This document shows, piece after piece, positions 40,001 to 53,000 of a stretch of DNA of 64,000 bases (position 1 is its first letter; every line of letters begins with the position of its first letter). Both the position numbers and the translations under genes were made by a program. Under the pieces are notes generated by a model that worked only from the letters and a program-made list of their open reading frames with translations, was not told where the DNA came from and made no database searches. This DNA is from Ascidiella aspersa. Its lineage: Eukaryota. The stretch covers positions 24,614,001 through 24,678,000 of the forward strand of contig OZ004611.1 of assembly GCA_963924565.1 (NCBI GenBank). The letters run 5' to 3'.

Positions 40001-43000
40001 AAATTCCTGTAAATAAATAAAAACTATAATTATGAAAACTATATCATTTTATTAAAGGGTGAGTAGCATACCAAAAGTACTACAGATTAAATTTTACATT
40101 TAAAGCTTGAATGTAATATTTAAACAATGGAAATCATAAATTAAAACTAAAAGACATATTAAAGTACTTCAGAAATTGTACAGAGATTAAAAAAAATAAT
40201 TTTCTGGCTGCTACTACCAAAATAAAAGCCAAAAGCGAATAAACTATATTAATGTAAAACATGTAAGTAAAATTTACTTACATTTTTAACCTAATCTCCT
40301 GTGAACCAAGTTTTTTTGAAGCCGAAAGAGCAAAAGTTTGCTGTCAATGATCAGCACCCTGAAACAAAGAAGTGTAATCTAAATACCTTTAATAATTATG
40401 AATTTAATAATACTTGATTGTTCAACAGAATAATTAAATTACTAGTTAGGAGTGGACAAGAAATAGCTTACAAACCTGTTTCATTTAATCTCTTCATGTC
40501 TACATGTGTAAGCACCAAACTATTATGAAATAGTCTTTTAAAACTTTCATTGCTTTTGGATTTATGAATGAAATACCTTTTCGTTTTCGCTTGGAAAACT
40601 TATTTTAACATACTTTTCACATCCTAGACCTGTCAGTCTTGCACAGCTAATGAAACATTATTACTACACTTCTATCAAAAAGCAAACCAAAATAAGTAAT
40701 ATTTATATACATCACCACTATACACTTTAGTATTTGTTTAACATCAATCTTAGCAACTCGAAAGCCAAAAATACGCAAAAGCTTTAACTGTAATGTATAA
40801 CTTGAACGGTTCAAACTTTTTTCGGCATTTTGAAATCCCGCGTTCGTCACAGCGTCACAGACTAGTGGATATGCTTTGTTAATGTTCATCGGACCGAATC
40901 AATTTCAAATAATTTTAATCATGAGTTGATCTATTGAATGTACTTTATATGTACAATATGAAAGAAACTTGTTTTAAAACAAAACAAAATATACTATAAA
41001 TAGTTAAAATATATCGTAAATCAAACATTTAATAAATAATACTTACTATTCGTCATACCTTCTTGAAAAATATATCAGCTTCATCGCGATACAGCTTTGC
41101 CCTAGAAAAAATCCTTTCCAAAGATTGTTTTCGTCACGCGTATTTTATTGCTCGCGCAATTTAAGTAGGTCATGGCGGGACAAGACCACACAGCTTCGCT
41201 TTTTTACTTTGGTGGTACAAAGTTATTCGCAAGCGACATCAATCAAATTAAATATTGGATTTAATGGCACGTCAAGAACACAAACCCGTATTTTTATGAT
41301 TGTCGTTATATTTATAAAATGTAATGATGCCAAATAGGCCGAACAGATGTCAAGTTAGGAAACCAAAAATTAGGTCATTTTGTTTATTGTGTTCTGTTAC
41401 GACAATACATGCTAACTTGTATGGTTAAATAAAAAATTGATAGACGAACTCGTACATAAAACAACTGATCAGTGCTTTAAAGTACCAATACCCCTCATCA
41501 ACATCTTCCAACATAAATGGCTTGAGCTATTACTTACCAAGAATGTATCGAATTAAACATGTCTAACAATTGGCGTGTTGAAATTTGAAGTGTTTAATCG
41601 TAAACATGTTTAAATACGTCAATTGTGCTTAAAATCACCCAATAATCGTTGTTAAACACGTCAAAATATCAGGTGTTTAACATAAAATCGTTCAGGTGTT
41701 TGTAATTTAAACACCAAAACTAAAATTAAACACGAAGGTGTTTAAATTAGGTGTTTAAGTGTTTAGATTTTAAACGTGCATAGACCGTTTTGGTGTTTAA
41801 ATTTAAACACCGTTCTGACAGTGTAGTTTTAGGAAATGCTCCACTGTAATAAGCGGTGGCGAAAAAATTAACTTCAACCCTAAACCCCGTGAACACAGTT
41901 TATTTTTTTTGTTGTTATCGTAATTTATTTGTTTATAATTCTTGTAAAATAGCGTTAGAGAAACGGAACTCTACCTTGCAGGTCCAATTTGTGCGCTGTA
42001 CATGAATGGACAGTGCATCGTTCCGTCTTTGACGAACTTCCGCTGATTGGTTGTGAAGTAATCGTACGTCAGCGCCATATTGATGACGCAATCGTCGTCC
42101 GTAAACGCGTAGTAATCGCTGACATCACCAGTGACGTAGGTGACCCATTGGTAGGCTGCCAACACTTTGTCGGGCAAGGTGGCGTAGTCATCATTGATGT
42201 CACATTGGAGAATGTCGCCGTATTCTTTGTTTTCCGCTTCTATTGAAGCCTGTAGTGTTTTGTTTTCTACTCTTCCCACAAGGAACAATGTGACAAACCT
42301 TTAAACAACATGAAAATCGTTAAGTTAATCGGAAGCCAATGCCCGATACCAAGGTGTACTATTAGTATTCATCCAATACTATGGGGCAGACTTGGGCAAC
42401 TAGATTTATTTTAGCTTTTTAAACTTAGATTAGAATTAAAATTAAAGCATTTACTGAAATTTCTAAAAAAATAATTTTCAACTAGAATTTGATTTAATGG
42501 TAATTTATTCTTATAAGAACGTGAATAATAAGTATTTGTGTGCAATTTTTTATGGTTTTTAGACAGTAAAAATTACATAAATGTCGTTCAAACCAAAGTG
42601 TTTAAATTTAAATTCTGTGTTTTAACTAAGAGACTAAAAATGCCGTTGGACAAAGTAGGATTTTTGGTGAAATCTGAATTAGATTAGAACTAGAATTTCA
42701 CAAATTAGATTAGAAATCGAATTAGCCGCATTTGCTCTAATTCAATGAATTTAAAAACTAGAATTATTTGGAAGTCTGTGGTATCTGATATAGGGTGGTA
42801 AGGACCGATGCGATATAAAATTTATCTAGGAATCTCAGCCGTGATTTGCTATTCAATGGGGGAAATCCGAAAGATAAGTTTATCAAAAAATGTTTGGGTA
42901 GAAACTGGAAGTAAATAAACTTATTAACGATAAATTTCGGTCTAATAACCTAAAACAATACTTAATTTAATTTGGTATCGAATCAGATCGCAATAATTTT

Positions 43001-46000
43001 ATGATAAATATCGGGAATTCGGTATCGGAATAAAATGACAAATACAGGGAATCCCTATTAATATGTATATAGCTTTGATCTTACCACCTCGTGTGATATA
43101 TCAGCGAGTTGTTTACTAAAGAAGACTTGCCTGCGATGAGGTAATAGCACCTCAGCCAAAGTAAGCTACTTTAAACCAGTGTTTTGAAAGCACGTTGTAC
43201 GAAGGGTACATTTTATAGTGTCTACTAAAATTACATCGAACGCTATATAGTTCTGGTAGTTTGGTCAAGAGTTGTGAAATTGGAGCTTTTGTACACCAGT
43301 GCTCGTTCGAAATCACTTCAATTTCGTACACCTGAAGCATATAAACTGGCACCTGATATACCGTCAAAAACGGCAGCCTGCATTTATTAAAATTTATGTC
43401 GTCAGATAAGCAAAAATCAAATCGAAGACACAAACCCATGACATTTGTCAGGGCGGTCTACAAATGCGTTAGTTTAGCAATCACGATGCCAGGATGATAC
43501 AATGCATGTGGTTACCCCAAAGCGCCCAATCGTTCTTGGCCGATGCGGCTTCCTAACCAGCACGGTGTTAATTAGCACAGATGTTAAAATCTTCATTTAG
43601 CTCACACCTCTTACTTTCTGTTGTTAATTTTTGCTACAGCGCCCCACGACTGTCTAACGTTGTTTCTTCGCTCTCTCGAATGCACAGCCGTTTTCACGAT
43701 GATCAGCATGAATATTTTCCCTTTACTGAAGTCGAAAGCATTCGGTCTGCACATGAGAGCACAACAATAATAATCTGTTAGACACAGACACGGTGATAAA
43801 TCCGCAAAACATAAACTTGCATTATACATGCGCAAATTTAGTAAGCGCACTTTTCGTAGCCTTGAAAATCCATTTTACTGGTCACCCCAACCTTTCGTAA
43901 ACATATTTTTATTTAAAGAAATCGACAACTTAAAAGCACCGCAAGTCCATGTGCTTCGACAGTAAATTAGTTACATTATATTAAATTACCTATTATATTC
44001 ATATAAATTACAAGGCCACGGACAGCTGATCCTTCGTCTCGTAAAACTTTAGCATGAAGAGAAACTAGGCCTACTTGTGAGGATTCACTCGATAAACGCT
44101 CTAGTCCAGTGGTTCTTGGTTTTTATGTGGTTTTCTGTGCAGCCTTACTCCTGTGGAGTCAATATCTTCGCAACTTGTTTGTCCAAATGAGCTCGACAAA
44201 AACCAACACAGAGAGCTCGAGCAATTTTTTGTGTGCCCATTACGTCTGGTCTTCTATATAAAAGGTTACCCTAATCAAACCAAATAAAGGCTATTTTTTG
44301 TCGCGCGATTAAGAGTTAATTTTTTGTATTTTTCTGTTATCTTAGTGATACGTAATCGCAAAATACGGAATTGCTTTTAGTATGATATTTATTTTATGTG
44401 TACGGGGACGCATTACCAAAGGGGGGACGGTAGAAAAAAGAACCACTTCTGACCCTAATTTCTAAAGTACTTATTCGCGTTCATTTGAGGACTTGCATAA
44501 TATAAAAATGGGCGACTTCCGAAGTTCATGCTTCAAGCTAACGATAGGTTAATATGTGCGTATTACCTTCAGGTTAATTAATTCGGAACTTAAAATCTTG
44601 TTTAATTGTTGTCGCCCCTTTATGAGGATGCAGCTGACAGCGATATCGCCCGATAGTGTCGCGCCTTCCTATTTAAAGACGGCGGTAAAACGACACTCCA
44701 CATATGGTTAAGTCAGTGTTTCTCAACCCTTTTTAGCGGCCACCCTAATACTAAGCGTAGGTACAACAGTAGTCCAATTATCTTCACTGAACTTTTTATA
44801 ATCGAACAAGAAAAGAAAATAACATTTTTAAGTTCAAATTTAGTTAACATAATCCATGTCTTTGTATTGCTTTCGCAGTTTTCCTAAATTTAGAAAAATT
44901 AAACTATGTCCTGCTCAGAACCAATTTCAATAATTCTAATCAGGTGAACTACTGCAGTCGGCGACCAAACAAATACAACGGCGACCCAATTTGGGGTCGC
45001 GACCCATAGATTAAAAACACTGGAGGTGTTTTTGAACTATCCCACAGGCTAAACGCGCTAAATGTATATTAACCTGCCCAACTTACGAAGTCACCAACAC
45101 CAAATTTGGTGGAACTAACACAAATTTGGAAACCCGGTGTTTTAAAAAAGACTGATTTTAATCCGTTCCGGTGACCGATGTTTATGTTGAAGTTATTTTT
45201 CAACATGACTTACCTATCTCAGGTTAATTCAACAAAGTCAAGTTAAGGTATTCGAAAACTTCGACACCGTACGCGTCTGGTAATAGTATAAATTGCTTAC
45301 TGCAACAGCCATTTGCTGGTAATATTCCTGGGCTTGTGTTCCTTTTTAAAGTTGTCCGGCACATTATTGAATTCCGTTCTTTTGTCTGGACCGTCCAGCA
45401 ACTTACGCTCCAATTTCCTAAAAACAATAGTCCAGATATAAGGGCATCTTTTCTGCTGAAAAGAGTTGTCCATATCGTGGTGCAATATGACCATATTGTA
45501 TCGTACATAACGCCTGAAAAAACTATTTTGTCGACTTTGCGAGTTAGGTCGAACGCAGGAAAACAGCAGGTTTTTAGTAATTATTTGTTTTGACGGCGCC
45601 ACGTAATGACGAACCAATTTTAACATGAAAGTTTAAAGCATTTGACACGCGAAACGCGTGTATTACATTCCTGGAGTTAGTATATTCATGGTTTCATTTG
45701 GCACTAAAAGCGGTTTGAGTTTGATTGTTCTGGTGCGACAAAAAAGTTTACCTGTTTCATATTATTCTAGTTCAGTTACAATGGCCCAAAGTGTCTCGAT
45801 ATTAATTGCAAAGCTTATACACACAGTACAGTGTTGCCAGTTGCCCCATGTCTGATTTAGCTACTTTCTACTCTACTGTGAGTTTTTCATATTGTGAGGC
45901 TCACCGGACAACAAAATGTGGCTAAATAACAATTGCCCAATACGTTGGGTTTTCTTTGTTGTTTGAGCATTTTCAAAATTTAGATCAATAGTAAAACAAT

Positions 46001-47492
46001 CTTGTAGCCATTTAGAGTAAAATACTTGGTCTATTTAAACCAAAAAGCTCAAATATATTTTGGCTTCGCGCGGGACTATGGTGTAGAATCATTTTTTATC
46101 TTTCTCTAGTAAAGGATGGCAAAATATTGTATTTTTAATAGGGCCTATATATACATTTGTTTTTTTTAGTTTTTTTTTTAACTCGAAAAACAAAACGCTA
46201 TGGCATAATATCTAAACCTGTTAAATTAAGTTTAATATGTTTGCCGCCTTCTTCTTGCATTTATTTAGACTTTACTTCAGTTATATATTTTTTGACTCAA
46301 ATTAGCAGGTTTCTTAGGTCTTCCTGTTTTGTCAATTTATGACGTCCTCTCTGAACAATTGCATGCCGACCCTGGTCCACGCGAACCAGAAATATTTTTA
46401 GTGGTTCGGGTTAAAAAGAAGTTTAGGAAGTTTAATAACCCCTGCCTTAAATCGACAAAATTTCTCACCTGAGTCCTTTATTTCTTTGCGTTTCGACAAT
46501 CAGACGTGCTGGCTGAATGTGTGAATATATCTTGTTGCTAGTAAATAAACAAAACAAAAAACGTTTGAACAACAAAAGCCGTTTATTAGGATTCAATAAC
46601 TATATGTATTTCAAAATCACATAGCCTACTTTAGGGTCGGGGTAGATTTGAGCCCATTTGTTTTAAGTGGATTAGGGCCTATTAGTTTGGAACTTTTTAG
46701 TTTGTACGAAACTTCGCATTCAAGCATTCAAAAGACTCGTGGAAACTTTACAGTCGTCGAAATCGCACCACGACTTTGGCAGCAATTTGTCAGATTTAAA
46801 ACGGAAATTTTCGTGTTCGACGTTGTCAGTTCTCATCGTTATGTAGTTAAGCCGGAAATACTATTAGGATGCTACATTGGTATTGCTCGCAACATTACAC
46901 AAGATAAGCGTAGCACATTTTTGCCGGTCATAGACCCATCTAAACTTTTTAATCCTAGATTTCTGGCAGAATATTTGGCAACAATTTAAAGCTGCCTTAC
47001 AGCACTTACATTTTAAAGCTCATTTTAATGCCATTGGGTCAAGAAATACTTTATTACATAATTGTTCAGCATTTAGATGTTCTGAAACTGCCTATATAAT
47101 CGATCGCGTTGAAACTATGATAGAATTTAGTATGACCCCTTTTTGAAACAATATTTAGCATTCTATTTTCTAACCATGAGAATTTCGCTTTCGACAACAT
47201 TTTATCGACAAATATGTTTGTTTTGTAAAAGTTGTCTAGAAAGAAAAGACCCTAATTAATCTGTCAAAATAAGTTATCCAATCGTACAATGCTGGACACA
47301 AAGAGTTATTGAAAATGTTATGTACTTGTAAACAGGAATTCCGCGCTTATGGTCTGTCAGAGTTGGCTGTCTTTTCTGTCGAGGAAGCTGTTTTTGCCAC
47401 AGAGAATTCACGTTGCGTTCCATCGCGATGAACAAAGCAGTGCATGCGATCCCGATCAAAAATACGCTGAACAAAAAACGATTCTTGTACAT
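37073..47492 (-). CDS. GT31 gene copy U4 (catalytic exons and splice sites intact)
   Basis: Exons 43774-43615, 42298-41975, 38132-38001 and 37580-37073 have the same lengths as in U1 (160/324/132/508). The candidate upstream exon 44668-44567 keeps its GT donor. A 3.4-kb transposon sits in an intron. Confidence 0.85.
38413..41823. mobile_element. Non-autonomous CACTA/EnSpm-like DNA transposon in a GT31 intron
   Basis: Absent from the other units. CACTGTCA...TGACAGTG termini, TA duplication (38411-38412, 41824-41825), and many subterminal TAAACAC/GTGTTTA repeats. No transposase. Confidence 0.88.
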
Positions 47493-49341
47493 AATTGACC
47501 CTAAACCGACTCTGTAAAACATAGTCAACTCACATAAAACAACATTCATTTGTCCTCGATTTATTTCTAAACCTGATGTTCTACGAATGTCGCATCTGTC
47601 TTAAAATTCTTCGAAAGATAATTAGGCGGCCTCTTATGTTTCAAGCTTATGTTGCCTTTTCGACTGGTAGATATGATAGACTGCATAAACGTCGTTTTTT
47701 ATGGACCGTTCTTGTTACATCTAAGCTGCTTTCAATACGTTCACAAAAGCGTGTTTTTACTCATACAAGTTTCTTCCACCAAAACGACAACCAGACGTTT
47801 TCGTGAAGGATTAAAACAATGCTGGTCCAACCAGGGATGACGTCAAAGTTACAAGCTGCGACTGTTTTCCAATATACAACTCATTTTTTATAAGAAGAGT
47901 TCAATTACGGTATACTATAGACCAGTGATCGGCAACCGCCGGTCTGCAAGGAGTTCGTTACCGGTCCGTAGCAGGGTTGCCCGATTGAAATTTTGATTTA
48001 AACCCAACTCATCGGTTGTATTCATAATGTTTCTTTCTTTGCGAGAAATTACTCAAATATTCTGGATGCCCGATTTGCTAAAACTATCGAAAGTTAAATA
48101 TTCGGCACATTTATTTTTCAACAAATTGTTTGCTTGGCATGAAGTTATATTTAGATCGATTTTTTTTAACTTGATGCTCGATGTCGCCTGTCTTTTTATT
48201 TTTCATCGAATTGCCTGCATTATCTTTGCTTTGTAAAGAAGTTTCAAATTGAATATTTTGCTACTAATACTTTTTTCATATAGCACTCTTTATAGTAATC
48301 TATCATCATGTCTGTTTACTCGTTTTCGAATCACATTTCCTGAGAACAAAACTTGTGCACTTTCGTCTATTTATGCTATAACCCGACCTAATTTTATTTT
48401 CACGTTTAAGCACAAATACATTTTTGGTTTAGCTCTATATTATGATCAAACTTTATAGTTTCATGTAATTGAATCATTTAACATCCATTATAAGCGTTAT
48501 TTGCTCATTGCATTTACTGAAATGAAAATGTTAGGACTGAAATGTTAAGTTCTCTCTTAAACTAAAAAGAGCCCTTCAAACAAACTCTCTTAGTGCACCA
48601 TTAACAATGCGGAAATAAATGAATGACATCGTTGCAATATAAGCCAGGTGTAAACGCAATTAATCGGCACCAATGCATAAACAGAGCATATGTCCATTTC
48701 CTCCAAACTGCACAAAGCCAGGAAATCATTAATTACGGGCAGTGGCATAAATAGATTAGGCGCAAATTAATAATTAAAGTTAGAATTCGCAGTGGACAAA
48801 ATGACAACAAAAATACGCTACATCGCAAACAAAGTGCCACGAACATAATGGATCAAGGTTTAGTTAGACGAAGCAGTGTTGAAAATCAATAAAAATATAT
48901 CAAAATGTTAAAAATGTTAACTATTGTGTTTGGGTTTGATATTCCTATACTAGGATGTCAAATGGTTAGAACGCTTTTTACTAAAAGACAAGAACACATT
49001 AATTTTTTGGAACTTAAAAAGTACACACTTGCATGATACACTTCAGGATATAACTTAACACAGCGGACGACTTAGAAAAAACGAATGTTACGTGAATTAG
49101 GCCGTTGGCGACTCGACTATTAGCCTATATTGCAGCATCTACAGTACAAATTAAAGCAGGGTCTGTAGAGCCGTAGTCGGACTCGAGACTATTTCGGACT
49201 GCGGAGTAGAGAAAGACTCTTATAGTGCGCTAGCGCGGTAAGTTTGGAAACGATAAGATCGCAACTGCAAATTGGAATGGTTGAATAACATATGGTGAAA
49301 GATCATTCAACACCAAATTGTGGTGCTTTTGAGTTAAAGAC

Positions 49342-49569
49342 ATTGATGTAAGTCCACCTTATTGATGTACGTCCACCTTATTGATGTACGTCCACCTTAT
49401 TGATGTACGTCCACCTTATTGATGTACGTCCACCTTATTGATGTACGTCCACCTTATTGATGTACGTCCACCTTATTGATGTACGTCCACCTTATTGATG
49501 TACGTCCACCTTATTGATGTACGTCCACCTTATTGATGTACGTCCACCTTATTGATGTACGTCCAGCTT
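49342..49569. repeat. 19-bp minisatellite ATTGATGTACGTCCACCTT x12 (x3 at 9396-9452 and 18957-19013)
   Basis: Counted directly from the sequence. Confidence 0.97.
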
Positions 49570-50069
49570 ATGTTTAGGTAGATGTGTTGCATATAGGACT
49601 ATAGAGTCGGTTTCGGATTCGGGACTCATCTGAATCGGTAAATTTGGTTACTTCGATTCTATTTTTCGGCCGAAGTGGGATTCAAGTGTGTTTAACCCCG
49701 AAAGCCCGGCTTTAAATCACAAAGATATTCAGCAATCCACTCATAGGTGTCACATAACTGTTCCACCCATAATACACGGTGGGGAAATATTACACCATTT
49801 GCTATTACACTTTTACAATTTACAGTTGGTTGCCTTACCAGTTTCGAAATTGGTAATGCGTACGTCGGACTCGACACCAGTTTTTTGTAGTCTTACTCGA
49901 GTCCCGAGTCCCGCGATTAAAGCAAAACAAACCGAATCCATCGGGTCCCGATTCCGACTCAGCAACCCTGCTTTAAAGCATAGCGTTAAGGAATCGGGTT
50001 AAATGTTTTGCCCGGAGTCCGACTGTTATTTTAAACCGACTCCACAGTCTTGCTGCAAAGTATCAGTTT

Positions 50070-53000
50070 CTAAGCCAGTCCTCCTTTCCGACACCTTTCG
50101 GTGCACATCACCAGCGCAGCGCTGAGCAGCGAACAGAAACCGATTATATAATACAGGCGTGAAGTCGGCAGAACGATGCGGTCTTTTCGTGGGACGTAAT
50201 CGAACCCATAACCGCTTTCCTCGAGCTCTATCAAGTAGCCGAAGTTGTTTAGAAACAGTTCGACCCGATTCGAATCGTTGGCCGGCACAAGAGCGGCGTC
50301 CGTGATTTGTGCGGCGAAATTCTCGGAACCGGGCCAGAAACCGCGGTGGATGATTTTGTCGTTGGTGGTCGTGCGATCCATCAGGTCGTAGACTATGTGC
50401 CAAGCCTGAAAAAAGGCCTCCTTGTTGGAGCCGATGTGCCACACGAACGGGCCCATGTAGTGCAGCGTGCTCGGGTACACGTTGTCGTCGTACACCAACT
50501 TTATGTTGGTCGTGTTCTTGCCCAGTTTCGTTCGCAGGATTCCGGTAATGAACACGTCCTCCAAATGCATGTCGTACCTGTCGATCAAACAGTCAATCAA
50601 ATTTTATTTGTTTAACTAGTTGTTTTCGTTTTTTTATTGTTTTTTTAAGAGCGACCCCCTAAACTAAAGTTTTAATCTATGAGAATTACATCTGATTTAC
50701 CGTTCTGTCGACAACCAAACGCAAGCGTTAAAAAAATGGGTTTGAAGCAAAAATTTGCAATTATCTGATATACAGCGCTGTTAATTCACACAAAAATTAA
50801 TACGGCAATTTCGCAAATCAATTGGTGGGTCTTTAGTTATCGCTAACCTCCAAACTGTAACAAGCTTTATTTTATTATTATGTTCAGAAAATAAAATGTA
50901 CTGACATCATGTTTTAAATAAATGAACAAAATACTCCTATGTTTTATATTACGATCGTGAAGCATCGATACGTTAGCTATAAGCGACTGATCAAACCATT
51001 TAGAAAATGCAATTTTTTAAGCTAGGTTGTAAACCGACCGTGTCCCTCTAGTGTTACCTTGGAGTGATTTGAGCTTGCCGATAGATGTCGCTCAACATGG
51101 GGAACATCATCACGATAAAACCTCCGTGACAAAACGGAGCCAGATGCCCGAATGAGTAGGTTTCCTTCGAGAGAGAGTACTTCCCCTCTCTGTAAAGAAA
51201 GCTTTAAAGTTAAAAAGATTCTGAAAGACTAAAACAGGTGTATTGCAGTCACGGCTGAAGTGTAAACGTTGAAATTAGTAGGACAAATACAAATACACAT
51301 ATTTGTCTTCAAAATAATGGAATCAGGCGGTTATGTTTAAGAAAACCTTTTTGAAATTTAAATGTCTTGCTTACTTAAACCTCTACATTAAGATAAACTT
51401 TATAGTTGAAATTGTATTACATATTTATTGCCCCAATGATTTAAGACAGGGGTTTCTAGCAGCTTATAGTTTTAGGAAATGCTCCACTGTAATAAGCGGT
51501 GGCGAAAAAATTGACTTCAACCCTAAACCCCGTGAACACAGTTTATTTTTTTTGTTGTTATCGTAATTTATTTGTTTATAATTCTTGTAAAATAGCGTTA
51601 GAGAAACGGAACTCTACCTTGCAGGTCCAATTTGTGCGCTGTACATGAATGGACAGTGCATCGTTCCGTCTTTGACGAACTTCCGCTGATTGGTTGTGAA
51701 GTAATCGTACGTCAGCGCCATATTGATGACGCAATCGTCGTCCGTAAACGCGTAGTAATCGCTGACATCACCAGTGACGTAGGTGACCCATTGGTAGGCT
51801 GCCAACACTTTGTCGGGCAAGGTGGCGTAGTCATCATTGATGTCACATTGGAGAATGTCGCCGTATTCTTTGTTTTCCGCTTCTATTGAAGCCTGTAGTG
51901 TTTTGTTTTCTACTCTTCCCACAAGGAACAATGTGACAAACCTTTAAACAACATGAAAATCGTTAAGTTAATCGGAAGCCAATGCCCGATACCAAGGTGT
52001 ACTATTAGTATTCATCCAATACTATGTGGCAGACTTGGGCAACTAGATTTATTTTAGCTTTTTAAAATTAGATTAGAATTAAAATTAGAGCATTTACTGA
52101 AATTCCTAAAAAAATAATTTTCGACTAGAATTTGAACTAGAATCACATTTAATTATTTACAATTAATTTGATTTAATCGTAATTTATTCTTATAAGAACG
52201 CAAATAATAAATATTTATGTGCTATTTTTTTTGTTTTTAGACAGTAAAAATTACATACATGTCGTTCAAACCAAAGAGTTTAAAATTGAAATTCTGTGTT
52301 TTAACTAAGAGACTAAAAATGCCGTTGGACAAAGTAGGATTTTGGTGAAATCTGAATTAGATTAGAACTAGAATTAGAGCAAACTAGAATATTACAAATT
52401 AGATTAGAAAACTAGAATTATTTAGTCTGTGGTATCCGATATAGGGTGGTAAAGGACCGATGCGATATAAAATTTATCTAGGAATCTCAGACGTGATTTG
52501 CTATTCAATGGGGGAAATCCGAAAGATAAGTTTATCAACAAATGTTTGGGTAGAAACTGGAAGTAAATAAACTTATTAACGATAAATTTCGGTCTAATAA
52601 CCTAAAACAATACTTAATTTAATTTGGTATCGAATCAGATCGCAATAATTTTTATGATAAATATCGGGAATTCGGTATCGGAATAAAATGACAAATACAG
52701 GGAATCCCTATTAATATGTATATAGCTTTGATCTTACCACCTCGTGTAATATATCAGCGAGGTGTTTACTAAAGAAAACTTGCCTGCGATGAGGTAATAG
52801 CACCTCAGCCAAAGTAAGCTACTTTAAACCAGTGTTTTGAAAGCAGGTTATACGAAGGGTACATTTTATAGTGTCTACTAAAATTACATCGAACACTATA
52901 GTTCTGGTAGTTTGGTCAAGAGTTGTGAAATTGGAGCTTTTGTACACCAGTGCTCGTTAGAAATCACTTCAATTTCGTACACCTGAAGCATATAAACTGG

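Noticed and set aside
44567-45230. Two in-frame TAA codons in the same AAT-TAA-CCT-GAR context, suggesting stop recoding
   Set aside because: An upstream gtaagc donor bypasses the first TAA. The 102-nt exon is open in phase 0, and U5 gains a further stop in the phase-1 reading. TAA acts as an ordinary stop elsewhere in the window.
49342-49569. CRISPR-like repeat array
   Set aside because: The repeats are contiguous with no spacers, there are no cas genes, and the context is eukaryotic.
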